Both the position numbers and the translations under genes were made by a program. From positions 35,645 to 99,644 of the forward strand of contig JAWDMB010000003.1 of NCBI GenBank assembly GCA_046536795.1: a stretch of 64,000 nucleotides of DNA, in the 5' to 3' direction. This DNA is from Candidatus Micrarchaeota archaeon. Its GTDB lineage: Archaea > Micrarchaeota > Micrarchaeia > Micrarchaeales > CABMGC01. The notes beneath the pieces were generated by a model. It worked only from the letters and a program-made list of their open reading frames with translations, had not been told where the DNA came from and made no database searches. Shown in pieces: positions 58,607 to 64,000 of this stretch. Each line of letters begins with the position of its first letter. Positions within the stretch are counted from its first letter, which is position 1.

Positions 58607-59158
58607 ATGGCCGGAGATATAATAGAAGAATTTACAGCGAAAGATGGTAGAAAATTTATATTGCGAGTTCCAACTATGAATGATCTAAGTACATATCTTG
58701 ACTTTGTAAATGAATTAGTTAGAGAAGGTGCTGAGATTGAACAAAACGAGGAGCAAACCTATGAAAAAGAGGGTGGATATTTAAAAGAGAAGCTAGAAAA
58801 GATTGCTTCTGGAGACGAAATTTGTGTATCTGCTTTTTTCAACGATAAACTTGTTGGCGATGCTGAAATAGTTAGAAATCCAGGAAGAAGCTCTTCAACA
58901 GGAACCCTTGGCATATCTATAATAGAAGGTTATAGAGGCATTGGGCTCGGCACTGAAATGATGAGAATACTTCTTGAAAAGGCAAAAGAAGCAGGGTATA
59001 GAATGGTAATATTAGACGTTTATGCAGATAATTTACGGGCGATACATCTTTATGAGAAATTTGGATTTGTAAAAGCAGGGACTATCCCGAAGTATGCATA
59101 CTTTGAAGACAAAGGATTTGTCGACTCTATTACAATGTACAAATTCTTGCAAGAATGA
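58607..59158 (+). CDS. GNAT family N-acetyltransferase
   Basis: YRGIGLGTEM acetyl-CoA motif; N..AIHLYEKFGF. Confidence 0.92.
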   Translation: MAGDIIEEFTAKDGRKFILRVPTMNDLSTYLDFVNELVREGAEIEQNEEQTYEKEGGYLKEKLEKIASGDEICVSAFFNDKLVGDAEIVRNPGRSSSTGTLGISIIEGYRGIGLGTEMMRILLEKAKEAGYRMVILDVYADNLRAIHLYEKFGFVKAGTIPKYAYFEDKGFVDSITMYKFLQE

Positions 59159-59203
59159 ATTTGGTCAAAAATAAAATAGAGCATAATTTGGTTAAAAACA
59201 AGT

Positions 59204-60727
59204 TTATCGTGGAACTATTTTGAAAAGCTCGCCTTCTGTCCAGAGATTCGGACCTGTATCTACTCTATAAGAGGCAATGTTAACAAGTGAACAATTACTA
59301 CCGAGCCAGGAAGTTAGCGAGGCGTTGTTTTGCTCCGCTGCAAAATTGGTAAAGGAATCAATTAGCATTGCTCTGTAATAGCTTGGCGTGCATACTGGAC
59401 CAGCAGGCGAAAAGTTCACTCCATTGAAACCATCGAGGAATTCTAGGTATTGCTGATCAAGACCTTGGAGCATACTTGATATATATACCCTGTTTGCATT
59501 GTTCTCATTTATCACGTATAGAAGTGCAGAATATATTGTATTGTAGCTTCTTACTCCAAGATTATAGTAGTAAAGTGCATGGTAAGTTGGAAGATTAAGA
59601 AATGTTGTGTATAAAATTATTATGATTATGACAAAAGATGCTATTGCTTTGCTTTCTTTTTTTACAGAATTGTACAATGCACTTAGTGTATATGCAGCAA
59701 GTATCACAAGGGGTGCTGCTATGATCGCCATATATCTAGATATAACAGAGATAGGCATGTACTGGCTTAACGACTTTGTGCCGAAGAAGGTATATAGCAT
59801 TGGAATCAATATTATCAAAGAAAAAAATATTATTACCTTATTTTTCCTTGCGATACCTATAATTGCGCCAATGAATGCAAGCACTATGATAAGCCCCATG
59901 GGGAATGTCTGTGGATTTATTTGATACCATCCTTGTATGTGCAGAAGGTAAATAGGGTTTACAGAAATGCTAAGTGCGTTTATATTGTTAGAAAGAGTTG
60001 TTGGAGCTATATTTACAAATGCCATTGAATATACATGTAGATTAAAGAGTAGGTTACCTGTAAGAAGATAAAAATAAAGCATCATTATTAGCAGTGGTAT
60101 TATCATTCCAACAAATGCGTATGCAAGCATGCGCTTGTATTTCCTGAACTTTTTATGCGCATATAGATATGCAAGACTTATAAGAAATGATGCAATCATT
60201 ATTGCCCCTGCCGTTTTGACAAGCATTGTCAATGCAATAAAAAACCCAGCAAGAAACATTGCACGTTCTGACTTCAATTCAATCGCATCGTATATGTAGT
60301 AGCATGCTATTGCTACAGTCAGGCCTGTAAATATATCAGGCAATGCCCTTGTTGTATAGCCTACAACAAAAGGAGCGGTTGCATATAAAAACGATGCAAC
60401 GCCCCCAAAATAATCGTTGAACATTTTTCTGCCAAGAAAGAATATTGCTACAATTGTTGCAAGGTATTCAACAAGGCTTGGCAATGCAGCCTGCAAAGGA
60501 CCATAGCCAAACAAGAGAAATGATAAGGCAATACTTGCGATTGTAAGCGTTTCAACAGTGAACGGAATGCCATTAGGCCTAAATGTACCTTTAAGCATTT
60601 GGTGTGCTGAAAATATGTAGTAGTTGTCATCAAAGTAAACAAATGGCCCAGAGTAGAAGATATAAGAAAGTACAACTCCAGTAAATAATATCAAACCCAA
60701 TATTACTATTTCTTTTGTATTAGCCAT
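59204..60727 (-). CDS. GT-C (ArnT/PMT-like) membrane glycosyltransferase
   Basis: YFDDNYY first loop, RALPDIF, about 11 TM segments, RYMA. Confidence 0.78.
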   Translation of the reverse strand: MANTKEIVILGLILFTGVVLSYIFYSGPFVYFDDNYYIFSAHQMLKGTFRPNGIPFTVETLTIASIALSFLLFGYGPLQAALPSLVEYLATIVAIFFLGRKMFNDYFGGVASFLYATAPFVVGYTTRALPDIFTGLTVAIACYYIYDAIELKSERAMFLAGFFIALTMLVKTAGAIMIASFLISLAYLYAHKKFRKYKRMLAYAFVGMIIPLLIMMLYFYLLTGNLLFNLHVYSMAFVNIAPTTLSNNINALSISVNPIYLLHIQGWYQINPQTFPMGLIIVLAFIGAIIGIARKNKVIIFFSLIILIPMLYTFFGTKSLSQYMPISVISRYMAIIAAPLVILAAYTLSALYNSVKKESKAIASFVIIIIILYTTFLNLPTYHALYYYNLGVRSYNTIYSALLYVINENNANRVYISSMLQGLDQQYLEFLDGFNGVNFSPAGPVCTPSYYRAMLIDSFTNFAAEQNNASLTSWLGSNCSLVNIASYRVDTGPNLWTEGELFKIVPR

Positions 60728-60784
60728 GGCATTCAAAAAGTAAAATTAAATATATTTATAGCTTTAGCTTGAAAACTTATATTA

Positions 60785-60905
60785 GGCGGGGTAGCTCAGG
60801 TGGTTAGAGCGCTAGACTCATAGGCAAAGCCTTATGAGTGATGAGCCTTTAGGCTATGATTGCTAAGAAATCTAGAGGTCGCGTGTTCGAATCCCGCCCC
60901 CGCCA
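60785..60905 (+). tRNA. tRNA-Met(CAT), probably elongator, with 47-nt intron (60823-60869)
   Basis: GGCGGGG/CCCCGCC acceptor stem (G1-C72), CTAGA-CTCATA[intron]A-TCTAG anticodon arm; BHB-like outer helix GCAA/TTGC; one T-stem mismatch. Ile2 identity is not fully excluded. Confidence 0.88.
60823..60869 (+). ncRNA. Candidate intron-encoded box C/D-type guide for tRNA-Met C34
   Basis: TATGAGT is antisense to the anticodon loop, followed by ATGA (D-like), the AGCCT/AGGCT hairpin and ATGATT (C-like). Confidence 0.55.
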
Positions 60906-60971
60906 AATTTTTTAATAGGATTGCTTTCTAAAAAATTGCACAAAACATATATAAATGCAAATTTTTAGTTA

Positions 60972-61244
60972 ATGATGAGATTTATGCAGAGCGACTTTGA
61001 TAGATTGTTAAAAGTTTGTAGGATAAGGCTCGATAAGGAAGAAAAGGAAAAAATGGAGAAGGAGCTAGAGGAAATAATAAAGTACTTTGATGTGCTTGAC
61101 TCTGTGAAAATCGAAGAAGTAAATGAGCAGCGTGCAAAGGTAGAAAGGTTAAGGAAAGATGAGGTTAAGCAATTTGATAATATTGAAGGCTTGCTCAAAA
61201 ATACAAAAACATACAGATTCTATGTTGTAGGACCGAAAGTATGA
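60972..61244 (+). CDS. gatC: Asp/Glu-tRNA amidotransferase subunit C
   Basis: CRIRLDKEEKEKMEKELEEIIKYFDVL...LRKDEV...FYVVGPKV; directly upstream of gatA. Confidence 0.85.
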   Translation: MMRFMQSDFDRLLKVCRIRLDKEEKEKMEKELEEIIKYFDVLDSVKIEEVNEQRAKVERLRKDEVKQFDNIEGLLKNTKTYRFYVVGPKV

Positions 61245-62596
61245 GCGGCATAAATAGCATAGAAGAGTTTGCTAGCATAGAAAAGGGTAGCGATTATTAC
61301 CAAAAGCTCTTAGAAGAACTTGCACAGCTAAATGAAAAATTGCATGCGTTCAGTAACATAAATTCTAGCATAAACAGCTTTCCGTTTAGCGCAAAAGATA
61401 ATCTGTGCGTTAAAGGCGTTGAAACAACCGCTTCTTCTAAAATTCTTGATGGCTATATACCACCATATAATGCGACTGTTGTTGAAAGGCTTCTTAATAA
61501 TGGATTTTCATTCCTTGGAAAGACAAACATGGATGAATTCGGCTTTGGAAGCTTCGGTATTAATGCACATGAAATTGCGAGAAACCCTTTCGATGAAAGG
61601 TATGTTGCTGGTGGCTCAAGCAGCGGGGCTGCTGTTGCAACTTCCATACTAAAATACCACGTTGCGATAGCAGAATCGACCGGTGGCTCTATAGCAACAC
61701 CAGCATCTTTTTGTGGTGTCGTTGGCTTCACACCAACATATAGCACAATTTCGAGATATGGCTTAATAGACTACTCTAACAGTATGGATAAAATTGGGAT
61801 AATGGCTAGAACCGCAAAAGATATCAGGCCTATATTTGATCTAATAAGAGGTCCTGATGGCTACGATTCAACTACATCTGATTCATCTATTACCTCGATA
61901 AATAAGAAAAAGCTCATTGTTATAGACCAACTGCTCGATCTCGTAGACCAAAGAATAAGAGAGCTTTTTGAAAAGATGCTCGATAAGCTTAATGCTAAGG
62001 GCTACACCATAGAACATAGAAGCATAGATTTAATCGATGCTAGTATAGCAAGCTATTATATAATAGCTATGGCTGAGGCTTCTACAAATCTTGCAAGATA
62101 TACAGGCTTCAAATACGGCTTTAAGATAGAGGATTTTGATAAAGGTTATAATGAATTCTTCACAGAAGCCAGATCTGTATTCGGCGAAGAGGCAAAAAGA
62201 AGAATACTGCTTGGCACATTTGTAAGAAGTGCAAATGTAAAAGATAAATATTATTTTAAGGCGCTTAAAGTAAGAGATATGCTCTCTTCTAGACTAGAAA
62301 AAATACTTGAAGAAGGCTTTATCATTCTTCCAGTAATGCCTATTCCCACACCGAAAATAGAAGATGCGAAGAAGCTAACACCATTGCAAGTCTATAAGAT
62401 GGATGCACTTACTATACCACCAAACCTTTGCGGCTTGCCGCACATCTCTTTCCCTTATGCATATGATAATGGCTTGCCTCTTGGCGCAGAAGTGATTACA
62501 AGCAAGTTCAATGATTATGCTATCATTGATTTTGTAGAAGAATGGGAAGAAGACTTTGAATACAAATTCAAATATAATATAGGCGAGATAAAATGA
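61241..62596 (+). CDS. gatA: Asp/Glu-tRNA amidotransferase subunit A
   Basis: KDN, GKTNMDEF, GGSSSG, TGGSI, EASTNLARY, RRILLGTF motifs. Confidence 0.92.
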   Translation: MSGINSIEEFASIEKGSDYYQKLLEELAQLNEKLHAFSNINSSINSFPFSAKDNLCVKGVETTASSKILDGYIPPYNATVVERLLNNGFSFLGKTNMDEFGFGSFGINAHEIARNPFDERYVAGGSSSGAAVATSILKYHVAIAESTGGSIATPASFCGVVGFTPTYSTISRYGLIDYSNSMDKIGIMARTAKDIRPIFDLIRGPDGYDSTTSDSSITSINKKKLIVIDQLLDLVDQRIRELFEKMLDKLNAKGYTIEHRSIDLIDASIASYYIIAMAEASTNLARYTGFKYGFKIEDFDKGYNEFFTEARSVFGEEAKRRILLGTFVRSANVKDKYYFKALKVRDMLSSRLEKILEEGFIILPVMPIPTPKIEDAKKLTPLQVYKMDALTIPPNLCGLPHISFPYAYDNGLPLGAEVITSKFNDYAIIDFVEEWEEDFEYKFKYNIGEIK

Positions 62597-63867
62597 AGAT
62601 AGGATTAGAGGTTCATGTAAGCCTTCCAACAAAGAGTAAACTTTTCTGCAGTTGCAGCACCAAGGCTAGCGAACCAAACAGTGCTGTATGCCCTATCTGC
62701 ATGGGCTTCCCTGGAGCAAAGCCTATGCTAAATGAAGAAGCCCTACGCTTTGCGGTAAGCATCGCAAACGCTCTACATTGCAACATAAACGATAGAGTAT
62801 CGTTTGTTAGAAAGGTCTACTTTTATCCAGATTTGCCAAAATCATACCAAATAACGCAGCTTTATGAGCCTATAGGGATTAACGGATTTGTAGAATGCTG
62901 CGATGGTAAGAGAATAGGTATAAGGCGCATCCAGCTAGAAGAGGATGCGGCAAAGATTATAAGAGGCGACGATTATACACTCCTCGACTTTAACAGATCT
63001 GGCATACCACTTGTTGAAATAGTTACCGAGCCTGATATTAAGAGCGAGGATGAGCTAAGGTCTTTTTTGACAGAGTTAACAAGCATACTTTACTATCTGG
63101 GCATAGACATAGAAGGCGAGCTTAAGACAGACCTTAATATCTCGCTAGCAGATGCACGCGTAGAGGTAAAGAATATAACAGGTATAAGAAATTTGATAGA
63201 TGCTGCAAGATACGAAATACAAAGGCAAGAAAAGCTTATAAAAAGTGGAGCAAAAGTGGCTCAAGAAACAAGATCCTACATAGAAGCAAAGAAAGAAACA
63301 GTAGGAACAAGAGAGAAGGAAACAGAAGAAGAATATGGGTTTATACCAGAACCAGACTTAACCTCTTACGATACAACACACATACCAAGGATAAAGCCTA
63401 TATATGCAAGCAAGATAGCAGAAGAGTATGCAAAAGCCTATAATGTTGATAAAAAGCTCATTGCTGAATTTATCCTATTTGACAAGCATGCTTTAGAGCT
63501 TATCGATGCAACAAAAGATAAGTATGAAATGAAGTACATACTCAATGGAATTGGGCTTATCAAAAAATATAGAAAGGGTGAAATGAAGCTAGAGGCTTTC
63601 GAAAAACTTCTAGAGCTGATAAAGGAAAGAGCTTATATTGATGAAGAGACACTTTCAAAAATAGAAAAAGGAGAACAAATAAGCACTGAAAGCTTAAATA
63701 TTGAGTTAATAAAAAAGGAAGTAAGAGAACTTCTTACCCCAAGCATAAAGTTAAATTATAAGAAAAACCCAAAAATCATTAATTTTATAATAGGTAAAAT
63801 AACTACAAAGTATAAAATAAGCCCTAGAGAGGTGGCCGAGATTGTAAAAGAAGAAATTAGTGATTGA
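62593..63867 (+). CDS. gatB: Asp/Glu-tRNA amidotransferase subunit B
   Basis: IGLEVH, TKSKLFC, YFYPDLPK.YQITQ, EEDAAK, NRSGIPLVEIVTEP motifs. Confidence 0.94.
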   Translation: MKIGLEVHVSLPTKSKLFCSCSTKASEPNSAVCPICMGFPGAKPMLNEEALRFAVSIANALHCNINDRVSFVRKVYFYPDLPKSYQITQLYEPIGINGFVECCDGKRIGIRRIQLEEDAAKIIRGDDYTLLDFNRSGIPLVEIVTEPDIKSEDELRSFLTELTSILYYLGIDIEGELKTDLNISLADARVEVKNITGIRNLIDAARYEIQRQEKLIKSGAKVAQETRSYIEAKKETVGTREKETEEEYGFIPEPDLTSYDTTHIPRIKPIYASKIAEEYAKAYNVDKKLIAEFILFDKHALELIDATKDKYEMKYILNGIGLIKKYRKGEMKLEAFEKLLELIKERAYIDEETLSKIEKGEQISTESLNIELIKKEVRELLTPSIKLNYKKNPKIINFIIGKITTKYKISPREVAEIVKEEISD

Positions 63868-64000
63868 ATGGCAATAGATGTTAACTGCGGAGAGCTAAAT
63901 GAAGAGTATATAGGAAAGAAGGTTGCTTTGCGTGGTTGGTGCAGATATATAAGAGATCATGGTGGCAAGCTCTTTATAGACCTTGCTGATATGCATGGTA
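63868..64000 (+). CDS. aspS: Aspartyl-tRNA synthetase N-terminus (OB-fold; partial, runs off the right edge)
   Basis: Hand-translated [44 protein letters not shown]; follows gatCAB. Confidence 0.82.
   Translation, partial: MAIDVNCGELNEEYIGKKVALRGWCRYIRDHGGKLFIDLADMHG

Noticed and set aside
60881-60897. U-C mismatch in the tRNA-Met T-stem as an editing site or pseudogene sign
   Set aside because: Not repairable by C-to-U deamination; the rest of the tRNA is intact, and single mismatches are tolerated or may be a sequencing error.
1-64000. Prophage, IS or known defence island
   Set aside because: No integrase, transposase, capsid/terminase, cas or restriction-modification genes recognised; phage-like genes are isolated singletons.

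Overview
A gene-dense, AT-rich archaeal chromosome segment. It is most likely from a DPANN archaeon, probably Micrarchaeota; this is inferred from the archaeal LeuRS, L40e, histone, Hjc, DnaG, intron-containing tRNAs, LamG surface protein and several bacterial-type enzymes. It holds about 68 CDS and 7 tRNA genes: Pro-TGG, Phe-GAA with intron, Thr-TGT with intron, Arg-TCG, Gly-GCC, Gly-TCC and Met-CAT with intron. Housekeeping content includes partial leuS, rpl40e, surE, a Hef-like helicase, sufD/sufC, porCDAB, nth, nrdR-nrdJ, rnhB, malic enzyme, M1/M13/M20 peptidases, dnaG, hjc, idi, HMG-CoA synthase, gatCAB and partial aspS. I found no CRISPR array, rRNA, integrase or transposase. The most notable observations are: (1) the tRNA-Met intron carries an antisense element plus box D/C-like motifs placed exactly (D+5 rule) to guide 2'-O-methylation of its own C34; (2) a bacterial-type NrdR repressor has two tandem NrdR boxes 32 bp apart ahead of nrdR-nrdJ; (3) a cluster of NodU-type carbamoyltransferase, GT-C-like membrane protein, sulfatase-like enzyme, CysDN and an RHH regulator suggests surface-glycan decoration; (4) a free-standing ThrRS editing domain is coupled to a P-loop-less EF-Tu/SelB-like protein; (5) surE appears to start at CTG; (6) a long HMG-CoA synthase gene sits alone between two near-identical tRNA-Gly genes.
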